From Bacteroidales bacterium (GTDB lineage Bacteria > Bacteroidota > Bacteroidia > Bacteroidales > UBA3824), in NCBI GenBank assembly GCA_045597465.1, contig JAZLKG010000086.1:2994-66993 (forward strand): DNA of 64,000 nt. Direction: 5' to 3'. Made by a program: the position numbers and the translations under genes. Positions 43,268 through 52,230 of this stretch are shown here, piece after piece (positions within the stretch are counted from its first letter, which is position 1; every line of letters begins with the position of its first letter). A model generated the notes under the pieces. The model made no database searches, was not told the DNA's origin, and worked only from the letters and a program-made list of their open reading frames with translations.

Positions 43268-43298
43268 CATAGTATTAACCCTATAAAGCAGTATTAAA

Positions 43299-43667
43299 AT
43301 GGAAAAAGAAAACGTAAATCCAGAAGTACAGGCCAAGTGCGACAAAGGTCACGCCTATCTCAACGGAGAGTTGGATGCAGTAGAATCTACTACACTCACT
43401 AAGTCAATCCGCAATCTCAGCGTAGAATGTTACGAGTCAGTTATGACAGACGGCTCTGTTAATGAGTGCGGTATCGAACTGAACATTTGCGACAGGGAAG
43501 GTCGCTCCCGTGGCTCAATACTCCTCACACCAAAGGAGGCCAACAGGGTAGCGAAGTGGATGCACGAATGGGCGTGGGATTTGGCTTACAAGCACGCCGA
43601 ATGGCTGGAGAACGAGGAGAAGCTTATGGCTGAACTCCGCAACAAGGACACCAAGAAATCTGAGTAA
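43299..43667 (+). CDS. Hypothetical protein
   Basis: 122-aa ORF in the element's rightward operon. Confidence 0.65.
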   Translation: MEKENVNPEVQAKCDKGHAYLNGELDAVESTTLTKSIRNLSVECYESVMTDGSVNECGIELNICDREGRSRGSILLTPKEANRVAKWMHEWAWDLAYKHAEWLENEEKLMAELRNKDTKKSE

Positions 43668-43729
43668 CAAACAAAAGGGCGATGCGCCTACCCACGAAGT
43701 ACCGCACCGCCCATCAAAAAACAAATGAT

Positions 43730-45064
43730 ATGATTTTCGACACCGCAAATTTAATAAAAAAAATTGCAAATAAGGAATATACAATCCACGAATTTGCAAA
43801 AGAATGGGGAGCGACCATCATTGTACTTTGGGTACTGAAATTCGCCACATCTGGTGTAAGCGTCACGGCGGGCTACAATTTTATGTACAACGTGTTCTTT
43901 ACTCTGATAGAATCCGCTACGTGGTCTATCACATTCACAATCCTGTTTCTGGGATTGATAGAGTTGCTTAATATGTATTTCCTTTCCAAGGCTTTCAAGT
44001 TTGGATTTCACGGCAAGTTTATAGCCTGTGGCGTTCTTGTGATGGTCGCTTTGGGAACATTCGGATTAAGCAGTTATATCTCAATCCAAGGCCTCAGACA
44101 ATTCACCTCCACCAAGGTTGACAACACCGAGAACATAGTAAACAACTATTCGGTATTGCTTGAGAATCTGGAAACAGAGCATAATGGAATCGTGGCAGAC
44201 TTCAAGGCCGAGATTATCACCATCAAGAACAATCCCGAGGGATGGCAGAACGGCAAGAGGGCGGTTCTCACATCGGAGCAACAAGCCAATATCCGCAACA
44301 TCAACGCAAGTATAGCCAAGGAGAACGATAGATATTTCACCGAGCGCACCGCATTGATGGAGGCCAAGGAGAGGGAACTCACCAACAATAAGACCGTGGC
44401 CACCGACACGTCCGATGAGTATATGTGGTATGTAGGCGTGATAATGTTTCTTCAACTCGCCTGTAATGGTGGACTAATGTTTTTCTACTCCAGAATCTAT
44501 AATGAGAATGAGCGTGAAAAGGTTATCACCGATGCGGTAACAGATATCCGTGATAGTGTGCTGAGCCGAGCCGTCAACTCTATAATCGAGGCTCTCAACA
44601 ATGTTGGCTCACGATTGGTGGGAGGTTTCGGCCTCGCCAAGGAATACCAATTCGCAGACCTGCAGGCTCAGCCGATTTTGAACACCGAGACGACCGCCAC
44701 GGCCACGATACCGCCAACAGCCACGACCACGTCAGCCACACGGCCACGGACTTCTCCACCATTGCAGACACCACAAAAACCGATAGGTTTTGCAGTAGGC
44801 GACACGGACACGTCCACACCCACGGCACACGGCCATTACGGGCCCGTAGTGGAGGGGAACACGGACACCCAAGAACACGGCCAAACCGCCGTGTCCGAAC
44901 ACAGCCGACAGGTTGTTAAGGTGTGCAAGTTCTGCAACAAGGAGTTCACTCCCAAGGCGTGGAATCAAGTGTTTTGTTGTCCAGAACACAAGGATAAGTA
45001 TTGGAACAACAACGGCCTTGATATAGAGAAAATCAAGTTGAAGAACAAGAAAAAATCGAAATAA
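43730..45064 (+). CDS. Multi-TM coiled-coil protein with C-terminal Zn-finger
   Basis: ~3 N-terminal TM helices, coiled coil, 4th TM helix, Thr/Pro linker, CKFCNKEF...FCCPEHK. Confidence 0.75.
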   Translation: MIFDTANLIKKIANKEYTIHEFAKEWGATIIVLWVLKFATSGVSVTAGYNFMYNVFFTLIESATWSITFTILFLGLIELLNMYFLSKAFKFGFHGKFIACGVLVMVALGTFGLSSYISIQGLRQFTSTKVDNTENIVNNYSVLLENLETEHNGIVADFKAEIITIKNNPEGWQNGKRAVLTSEQQANIRNINASIAKENDRYFTERTALMEAKERELTNNKTVATDTSDEYMWYVGVIMFLQLACNGGLMFFYSRIYNENEREKVITDAVTDIRDSVLSRAVNSIIEALNNVGSRLVGGFGLAKEYQFADLQAQPILNTETTATATIPPTATTTSATRPRTSPPLQTPQKPIGFAVGDTDTSTPTAHGHYGPVVEGNTDTQEHGQTAVSEHSRQVVKVCKFCNKEFTPKAWNQVFCCPEHKDKYWNNNGLDIEKIKLKNKKKSK

Positions 45065-45065
45065 G

Positions 45066-45287
45066 ATGGAGATACAATTAACTACACGATACAACATTGG
45101 AGATACCCTTATCTGGAAAACTCCAAACGGAAATCACAAGTGTACTGTCGTCGGCATTAAGGCTTCCGCCAACATCACAAGAGAGGCATACACCGAGGTA
45201 TCATATATTATCGAAGTCGGAGGGAATTATCCGACGGCCAAGGAGAAAGACCTCTACTCTGATACAACAGGATGGCCGATACAATAA
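45066..45287 (+). CDS. Small hypothetical protein
   Basis: Starts right after the previous stop; TRYNIGD phage-like start. Confidence 0.55.
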   Translation: MEIQLTTRYNIGDTLIWKTPNGNHKCTVVGIKASANITREAYTEVSYIIEVGGNYPTAKEKDLYSDTTGWPIQ

Positions 45288-45368
45288 GCAATGTAACCCT
45301 AACTATTATAACCCAAGGTTGCCGAAGTCTTACAGGATGGAGGCAACCTTTTCAAAAGAAAAAAGATT

Positions 45369-45542
45369 ATGTCAGAACTTGAAATTAAGACCTACGAAAA
45401 GGTTGTTGAGTTGGAGCGAGAGATATGCGACCACTCCATTAAATCGTGCAATTTCGATAGGATTAAAAAATCCTGTCAGAAGTTGATCAAACTGATCAAT
45501 CTTTACCAAGCACTATGCGAGGAAGAGGATTTAGCAGTGTAA
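45369..45542 (+). CDS. Small hypothetical protein (57 aa, below ORF-track cut-off)
   Basis: MSELEIKTYEKVVELEREIC... after an A-rich leader. Confidence 0.4.
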   Translation: MSELEIKTYEKVVELEREICDHSIKSCNFDRIKKSCQKLIKLINLYQALCEEEDLAV

Positions 45543-45752
45543 GGCTCATAGACCACAAGAACGGACTTATGGCCACAGGAGAGAAACCTCGTAACTCCAT
45601 CGCACGGAATTGGGCGAAAATCCAAGCGAGGATATTAAGATTAAGGAAATTTGCTATTGTAGTGGAGGGTAACGGCATTTACATAAAGGAATGCTATAAA
45701 CTTGACGAAAACGGCAATTTCATACAACTATCATTTAAATTCGTAAGACTTT

Positions 45753-46109
45753 ATGAACGAAATTTTACAGAAGATGGCAGTGGCACAGATGGAGTTCTGG
45801 TCAGCCGTAGAGAAAGTAAGTTCCAAGGATGCACCAATCTCCGAGGAACAATACCAGGCCGAAAGACGCAAGCGCATTTTGGCAGAACTCAGAGAGCGTA
45901 TTCAATGCAAGAGAATCAGCCTTGACATTGTGGCTGAATGGTCCGGAAAGAGCGTTGATTATTGCCGTGAAAAGGTGATACACCGAGGCGGTAACAACAA
46001 CTTAGAGAGCCGATGGGCGGTTGACGTGGTAGTCTTCCTGTGCGACCTGTGGCAGATCTCCGTGCCAAGTTGGTGCAGTGAGGTGAGAGATAAGTTTGGA
46101 ATCCAATAA
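45753..46109 (+). CDS. Hypothetical protein, possible HTH
   Basis: 118 aa; ISLDIVAEWSGKSVDY pattern. Confidence 0.5.
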   Translation: MNEILQKMAVAQMEFWSAVEKVSSKDAPISEEQYQAERRKRILAELRERIQCKRISLDIVAEWSGKSVDYCREKVIHRGGNNNLESRWAVDVVVFLCDLWQISVPSWCSEVRDKFGIQ

Positions 46110-46255
46110 AAAAGCCGTCAACTTCGGCATAAGTCAACGGCATTTTAGGGAATGGAGTATGTTTGCTACAACATTTAAGCAGTATGGCGCAAATGTACTC
46201 CATATTTCCGAAACTGCCAAAGTATCAATAAAAAATAATTAATAAATTCTATAAT

Positions 46256-48022
46256 ATGGAGGTAAAACCCACGAAACAGGACTTTATAAAGTCGGTAGAA
46301 AATACCAAGGGTAAAAAGAATGCCCAAGAAATCAAAACCGATGAGATAATCATATCCAAGGACGGAATTTTCGTCAGACGATACAACAAGAAAGGAGAGG
46401 AGCAAACTCCTCAGAAAGTTTGTAAAAAGCCTATTTATTTTAAGTATATACTTAAATCTAAGGATAGCGAGGAAACCGAGAGGCTTATGCAGATTGGCAG
46501 TACCGACAATCCCCTATATATGACCATCAAGAACTCAGAACTATGCTCTGCGGTAAAGTTCAAGGAGAAGTTGTTGAATGAGCAGATTACTCTCCGTTTC
46601 AATACTTATACTCTGGAAAGTTTCTTAGACGCAACGCCAGTTTTACCATCAGCCATTAAGATAGATACATTGGGATATAACGCTGAGACTGACGCTTACT
46701 ATTTCTCTAATGCCGTGGCCCAAGGTGAGAAGATTTACGAGCCTAACGAGTTCGGCATTGCCGAGATAGATGGCAAGTGCGTTTTTATGCCTTATACTGA
46801 TTGTCAGAACGCCACCAAAGAGGAAACTGAACAATCCAAGCGCTTTATATATACTCCCTGTAATATCACATTCAAGGAGTGGTTTTCTATGATGCATAGA
46901 TGCTATGGTGATACTGCCGTCATATCAGCCGTATATACCATAGCATCTATGTTTAGAGATATTATCTACAATAATTGCCGATTCTACCCTATGTTGTATT
47001 TCAAAGGTTCTGGAAGTAACGGCAAATCTACTCTCATAAGTTTGCTTACACGTCTGTTTGGTGAGCCTCAGAGTGAGGTAAACTTCAATAATGCCAATAC
47101 TATGAACGGATTGGAGCGTTTTATGAGTGGAGCCAGGAATACTATTATTGCCATCAACGAGTTCCCATCAGATAATGACGAGATACGTGACAAGTTTATG
47201 GCCCTGTATGATGGAGGAGGCTCTCTCAAGGCTCAGTTCTCCAATGACAAGAAAACACATTCCATAACAACAGAGGCAGGTGTTGTGATAACAAGTAACT
47301 TCACGCCTACACACATTCCTTTGTTTCAGAGATTTGTATATGTTGAGTTGCCTAAACTGACCGATAAGCAGATAGAGGAGGCCAGCGACATTATAAACAT
47401 CGATCTGTCGAAAAACTTCTCTGCTATATCAGTTGAGATTATGAAACATCGTGCGCTGATAGAGAAAGAATTTTCCAATACCTATTCAGCGGTTAAGCAT
47501 TATTTCCGTGACCAATTCAAGGGACAGGATATTGAGCCACGATACACCGACAACAGAGCTGCGATTCTTACTCCAATTCTTATTCTTACTACCAACAAGT
47601 TGATTGATTTCGGAATGGATGATGATAGTATTACTAATGTATTATTGGAAAATCTCAAGAATCAGATTGAGATAGGCAAACTTAATGATAGTGTCAGCGA
47701 GTTCTGGATAGCCATCCAACACCTATTGCGCAACTACAAAATCAAGATGGGATATGACGTTAAATTTATGAATGACAAAGGTAGTATATCTGTAAACATA
47801 AACAACTGTTACTTGCCATATACCCAAGAACTCAGAGGCAAAGCCAAAGACAAAGGCTATCTGGTTGACTTGTTACGCAATTCCAAGGCTTTTATTGATA
47901 GCAAGCCTGTAAAATTCACAGACCCTACAAAGGGGAAAAAGACTTCTACAACAGGTTTAGTATTTGATTATCAGAGATTAAAGGATGATTTTGGAGTAGA
48001 TTTTGAAAATTTTGCAGTCTGA
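46256..48022 (+). CDS. Primase-associated P-loop helicase/ATPase (DUF927/SF3-like)
   Basis: YPMLYFKGSGSNGKST Walker A, IAINEF Walker B, VITSN. Confidence 0.7.
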   Translation: MEVKPTKQDFIKSVENTKGKKNAQEIKTDEIIISKDGIFVRRYNKKGEEQTPQKVCKKPIYFKYILKSKDSEETERLMQIGSTDNPLYMTIKNSELCSAVKFKEKLLNEQITLRFNTYTLESFLDATPVLPSAIKIDTLGYNAETDAYYFSNAVAQGEKIYEPNEFGIAEIDGKCVFMPYTDCQNATKEETEQSKRFIYTPCNITFKEWFSMMHRCYGDTAVISAVYTIASMFRDIIYNNCRFYPMLYFKGSGSNGKSTLISLLTRLFGEPQSEVNFNNANTMNGLERFMSGARNTIIAINEFPSDNDEIRDKFMALYDGGGSLKAQFSNDKKTHSITTEAGVVITSNFTPTHIPLFQRFVYVELPKLTDKQIEEASDIINIDLSKNFSAISVEIMKHRALIEKEFSNTYSAVKHYFRDQFKGQDIEPRYTDNRAAILTPILILTTNKLIDFGMDDDSITNVLLENLKNQIEIGKLNDSVSEFWIAIQHLLRNYKIKMGYDVKFMNDKGSISVNINNCYLPYTQELRGKAKDKGYLVDLLRNSKAFIDSKPVKFTDPTKGKKTSTTGLVFDYQRLKDDFGVDFENFAV

Positions 48023-48034
48023 AACAAATATTTT

Positions 48035-48227
48035 TTGCAACCGAATAGTAAAAATATGTATTAATTATTTATATATCAATTATTTATAAGGTTGCAAAAT
48101 GGTTGCAAAATGGTTGCAAAGTGGTTGCAAAGTTGCTATTGCAACCAAATCAACCAACTTCAACCGCCTAAAATGACCTTAACCGCCTGAAACACTGCAA
48201 TTTATAAGAGCGGTTGCAAAGTTGCAG
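48035..48227. repeat. Iteron array, putative replication origin
   Basis: GGTTGCAAA at 48090, 48101, 48112, 48123 (11-bp period) and 48212; inverted TTGCAACC at 48035 and 48139; AT-rich 48045-48089. Confidence 0.75.
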
Positions 48228-48262
48228 AAAAAATGAGGGTATAACCATAAAAAATAAAAAAA

Positions 48263-49186
48263 ATGAGTTATCTATATCATTTACAGAAACATAAGCCAAA
48301 AATTAAGTGTCCGAATTGTGGTAGAAACCGCTGTTTCGTTCCTTATGTTGATGCAAACGAGGCGGTTGTTGACGCTGAAAAATACGGCCGATGCGAGCGT
48401 ATAAATAGTTGTGGATATAATGAGTATCCCAAAGGTATTAAGAATGAGAATCAGGATTATAAGCCGAAACCTCCCAAGCCACCCAAGCCACCTGTTTATT
48501 ATTCTATGGAGTTGGTAAGACAATGTTTCAAGCCATATAATAATCAATTGGTTCAATTCCTTATGAGAGCCACGGAAAACAATATGATGGACGAGATAAA
48601 CAAGGCCGTCACGGATTACAGGATAGGCTCAGACAAAAACGGAGGCGTGATATTTTGGCAGATAGACCAATATAACAACGTTCACAGAGGCAAGATAATG
48701 TATTATGGTGCAGACGGCCACAGGCTTAAAGATATTGATGGAAACGGCATTGTTACCTATGTTAGATGCAAACTAAATCGTAGTTCCGATATTGAGCCAG
48801 ATATGTGCTACTTCGGATTGCATCTACTTCCGACATATCCAGACAAGACAATATGCATTGTTGAGAGCGAGAAAACGGCCTTAATTGGAGCCGTAATCTT
48901 TCCTCAGTACCTTTGGATAGCAACAGGTAGTATATCTACATTTAATCCAAAATGGTGCGAGCCATTGAAATATAGAAAATGCCAAGTGTTTCCAGATAAT
49001 GACGGATTCGACAAGTGGGTAAAGAAAACTTCAGACATTCGATTTGCCCTATCTGAAACCGATGCACAAGGGAATGAAGTATTCACTATGGATATTGCCG
49101 TAAATCCATTCATCAAAGAATACGGAAAAGAAAGTGAAGATGTAGCCGACATATTTTTGAAATATAGATTTGATATAGATAATTGA
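48263..49186 (+). CDS. Zn-ribbon + TOPRIM-like primase (DUF6371-like)
   Basis: CPNCG...GRCERINSCGY; IFWQID; IVESEKTA; FPDND. Confidence 0.75.
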   Translation: MSYLYHLQKHKPKIKCPNCGRNRCFVPYVDANEAVVDAEKYGRCERINSCGYNEYPKGIKNENQDYKPKPPKPPKPPVYYSMELVRQCFKPYNNQLVQFLMRATENNMMDEINKAVTDYRIGSDKNGGVIFWQIDQYNNVHRGKIMYYGADGHRLKDIDGNGIVTYVRCKLNRSSDIEPDMCYFGLHLLPTYPDKTICIVESEKTALIGAVIFPQYLWIATGSISTFNPKWCEPLKYRKCQVFPDNDGFDKWVKKTSDIRFALSETDAQGNEVFTMDIAVNPFIKEYGKESEDVADIFLKYRFDIDN

Positions 49187-49547
49187 TTATAGGATTATTA
49201 CAGGATTGTATAAAAAATCTCTCAATAAGATTTCTGATATTGTCCGATAAGCAGTAATATTGCAAAAAGGATTGGGAAAGTACACGGAAAGTATTTTCTT
49301 AAAACTTACGCAACTTACTGAAATAGAGCGAAATAAAACAAAGGACGTATTTTTCATCACTCCGACATAGTAAATTTCAGATAATACCCACTATTTTGCA
49401 AGTGATTGCAATTTAGTGGGTTATCTGTTTTTATACCCTATATCTTTGCAGTGCCTTTTTTCGATTTTTACGTATATTCAGGATAATTTTGCCACAAAAT
49501 GTGAAACAAAATGTTGCGCAAATGTTTCGCAAGGATGCGTTTTTCCC

Positions 49548-51641
49548 CTATTCCAATTCCCTGATTCCGATACCCTTCAGATATTCGTATGTGCTGTTGT
49601 AGAATTCAGGTAGTCTGGTTGGGTCGTCGGGATTGCCTTCCGGCACACAGATTACCATGCCCTGGCGGGCTCTCGTTAGGAGCACCCGGTAGGCGTTGAG
49701 CTGATAGCTTTGCAATTCCGGTTTGTTGATATTCTGCCATTTGGAACCCTTGAAGGAGAAATGTTTCCAGCCTTTGTCGGAATATTGGAAATCGCCATCC
49801 CAGGCAAGACTAGTCCAATCCAGCTCCAACCCTTGTATATCAAACTCAGTAGCAACATCTTCCAGAAACAACGACGAGCGCACGTCGGTTTTATCGGTCA
49901 GAAACCAATGCTCGGTATCAGGCTGAAATCTTACATCTATCGAAAGGGGACGCAATCTGTAGGCTTGAGAGGATACAACGATTCCGTATCTTTCGCTTCC
50001 TCGGGCTTGTGATATCAACCATTCTTTTGCCTTGTCGAGGTCTCGGGTCAATACCAATTTGAATTTATCACAGAAGCCTTTGTATAATGTACTTGCTTTT
50101 TCTTTTTCCCTATCCAAAAGCGCATGCACAAAAGCGGAAAGAGTTTCCGCCCTAAATGAACGCATGGACACCGCCAGATGAAGATTGTCTTCCAAGATGG
50201 CGTTGGGATTGTGCTGCAATAGCTCGGTCACATTTCCCTCTGCGTATTCCTTTTCCTTCAATTGTGACGATATATATACTTTCCAATCGGGGAAAGTCTC
50301 ATTCATTGCCCGTATCCATTCCTTGATTCCGGCTTCTCCTGCGTTGATTTCCTGTCCGCCTCCTACCAGGCAAATTATTACAGCCCAGTCTTTCCTCTGG
50401 TCCAGTGACCAAATCAGGAATTCGGCCTCCGACATCGGGAAATCGGCTATTTTCTTTTTGCCGCCTCGGCTTCCGCCTTGTGCAAGCCATGACGATAGGT
50501 GTTTTAAATCCCATGAGCGCTGGGCCTCGTCGAATATGGCTACATGTTCCACCTCGGCATGACCGGAATCTCCATATTCCTCCGATTTCGTTTTGTCGAT
50601 TTCCAATTTGCCATTGGTAATTGGCAGTTTTATTTTGGCCAGCATGTTGTCTCTGTATCTGTGGATTATCTGTATGAATTGAGATACTTCGCGCTTGGCA
50701 TCACTGAGATTGTATTTTTTGCCTTTCTTCTTTTCCCTTTCCTGCTTGTCTTTGGCCAACGCTGCGGTAAGTACCTTTACCAGCGGACCGTTGCCAGATA
50801 GATAGACTGCCAGATTCCGTTTGCCACTTTCATCCAGCATCGATTGTTGTATGGCAACATTTAATCCCACCAGAGTTTTTCCGGCGCCTGGCACTCCTGT
50901 TACAAAACAGATGCTTTTTTCGCCACGTTCCTTGCTCTGCTTTATTACATCAAGCACATATTTAGTTGTTTTCTCCAATGATGCCCCCTCTGCCTCACTC
51001 TTGGTGATGTCCTCTACAGAATGATTGCTGTACAAGGCACTGGCGGCTTCTATAATTGTGGGTGTGGGTGCGTATCGTCCATTGGCCCAGGCTGATAGCT
51101 CGTATTTGTAAGATGATGGAGGTTGGGCATGTTGCAGCACCATACCGATGGTTTTGTTTATTGATGCCGAATTTATCAGTAGCGGATTATATATCTGGTC
51201 GTTATATACCGACAGCTTTACTTGTTTGGATACTTTTGATGCTTCTGTCGCCACAAGAATTGGAACTATGATTCTGTCATGACTTGGCAGATGAAAATTC
51301 TTTAAGTCAAGGGCGTAATCCATTACTTGGTCGATGTCCTGTTGTGTATATTCGTCTTTGCCTGCCTTGAATTCCAATACGAAAACTATGTCTCTCAACA
51401 AAAGAACCACATCAATTCTTTTTCCAAGTCGGGGAATTGAATACTCGAATACTATTTCGGCTTTCTCGTTTTTGTAATCTGACAGTTCTTCCTTCAATGA
51501 TTCTATCTCCTCGTCCCAGGCTTTTTTCTGATCTTTCACTGTATCGCCTTCGTCGTTGCGGGAGATTATTCCAAAGATTGTGTCTGTATCTTGAGTTAGG
51601 AATGTTGCTAACGTTTCCTTGTAGAAATATCTATTGATCAT
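49548..51641 (-). CDS. DUF2075 (Schlafen group 3-like) helicase with N-terminal PD-(D/E)XK-like nuclease
   Basis: RIDVVL...VLEFK; TGVPGAGKT; IFDEAQR; IQGLELD; NAYRVLLTRARQG. Confidence 0.85.
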   Translation of the reverse strand: MINRYFYKETLATFLTQDTDTIFGIISRNDEGDTVKDQKKAWDEEIESLKEELSDYKNEKAEIVFEYSIPRLGKRIDVVLLLRDIVFVLEFKAGKDEYTQQDIDQVMDYALDLKNFHLPSHDRIIVPILVATEASKVSKQVKLSVYNDQIYNPLLINSASINKTIGMVLQHAQPPSSYKYELSAWANGRYAPTPTIIEAASALYSNHSVEDITKSEAEGASLEKTTKYVLDVIKQSKERGEKSICFVTGVPGAGKTLVGLNVAIQQSMLDESGKRNLAVYLSGNGPLVKVLTAALAKDKQEREKKKGKKYNLSDAKREVSQFIQIIHRYRDNMLAKIKLPITNGKLEIDKTKSEEYGDSGHAEVEHVAIFDEAQRSWDLKHLSSWLAQGGSRGGKKKIADFPMSEAEFLIWSLDQRKDWAVIICLVGGGQEINAGEAGIKEWIRAMNETFPDWKVYISSQLKEKEYAEGNVTELLQHNPNAILEDNLHLAVSMRSFRAETLSAFVHALLDREKEKASTLYKGFCDKFKLVLTRDLDKAKEWLISQARGSERYGIVVSSQAYRLRPLSIDVRFQPDTEHWFLTDKTDVRSSLFLEDVATEFDIQGLELDWTSLAWDGDFQYSDKGWKHFSFKGSKWQNINKPELQSYQLNAYRVLLTRARQGMVICVPEGNPDDPTRLPEFYNSTYEYLKGIGIRELE

Positions 51642-51657
51642 ATCACACCCCTCCCTT

Positions 51658-52158
51658 TTACCCATTGATACGATTGAGAACTATAGGGCCGTTTTCGCCG
51701 GCGTAGGGGAGGGAGCCTATGGTGTTGTAGTCGATGAACTCAACGGCCTCGTCGTAGTCCATGCCGTCTTCCTCTATCAGCGATTCCACCATAAGGTCGT
51801 AGTCGTAGATCACACGGCCGTTGGTGTCCACGCCTATCACTGCTGATGCGTAGTCGGGATTCTCGAATACCACAGCCTCCTCGTAGCCCATGTCGCAGAG
51901 GCTTTGCTTCAGCGATTCCAATGTAAGGGGCTGGTTTGTGCCGATATTCTCGGCTGTTTTCAGCAGGGAGCTGACCTCCATTCCAAGACACTCGGCCAGT
52001 CGTAAGAGAATGTCGATCGAGATATTCCTTTTGCCGTTTTCGATATCGCTCATGTAGCGGCGGTCTATGTCGGCGGCCAGGGCCAGCTGCTCCTGCGAGA
52101 GGCCGCGATGCTTGCGTATTTCTATAAGTGCCTGACCTAATTTGGATTGCAATGTCAT
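51658..52158 (-). CDS. XRE HTH protein with additional C-terminal domain
   Basis: GLSQEQLALAADIDRRYMSDIENGKRNISI; C-terminal AVIGVD...IYDY...EAVEFIDYN. Confidence 0.85.
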   Translation of the reverse strand: MTLQSKLGQALIEIRKHRGLSQEQLALAADIDRRYMSDIENGKRNISIDILLRLAECLGMEVSSLLKTAENIGTNQPLTLESLKQSLCDMGYEEAVVFENPDYASAVIGVDTNGRVIYDYDLMVESLIEEDGMDYDEAVEFIDYNTIGSLPYAGENGPIVLNRING

Positions 52159-52230
52159 TTTATGTAGTATTGGTGATATGCAAGATTAATGTCATTTCGC
52201 CAATAGTACAACGGCCAATAGTGCACTTTT

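Larger units (their letters stand above)
39563..49368. mobile_element. 9.8-kb integrative, probably self-replicating element (satellite/IME-like) in tRNA-Pro
   Basis: 15-bp direct repeat tcatcactccgacat at 39563-39577 and 49354-49368; integrase at the left end; repressor, helicase, iterons and primase-like gene. Confidence 0.9.

Noticed and set aside
45515-45925. 136-aa ORF in the element
   Set aside because: Overlaps the 45753-46109 ORF by ~170 bp; I could not tell whether it is real or frameshifted, so it is not listed
48090-48135. Regular repeats as a CRISPR array
   Set aside because: 11-bp contiguous units with no spacers and no cas genes in the window; they fit iterons
39563-49368. Calling the element a complete prophage or conjugative transposon
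   Set aside because: No structural, lysis, terminase, tra or relaxase motifs were recognised
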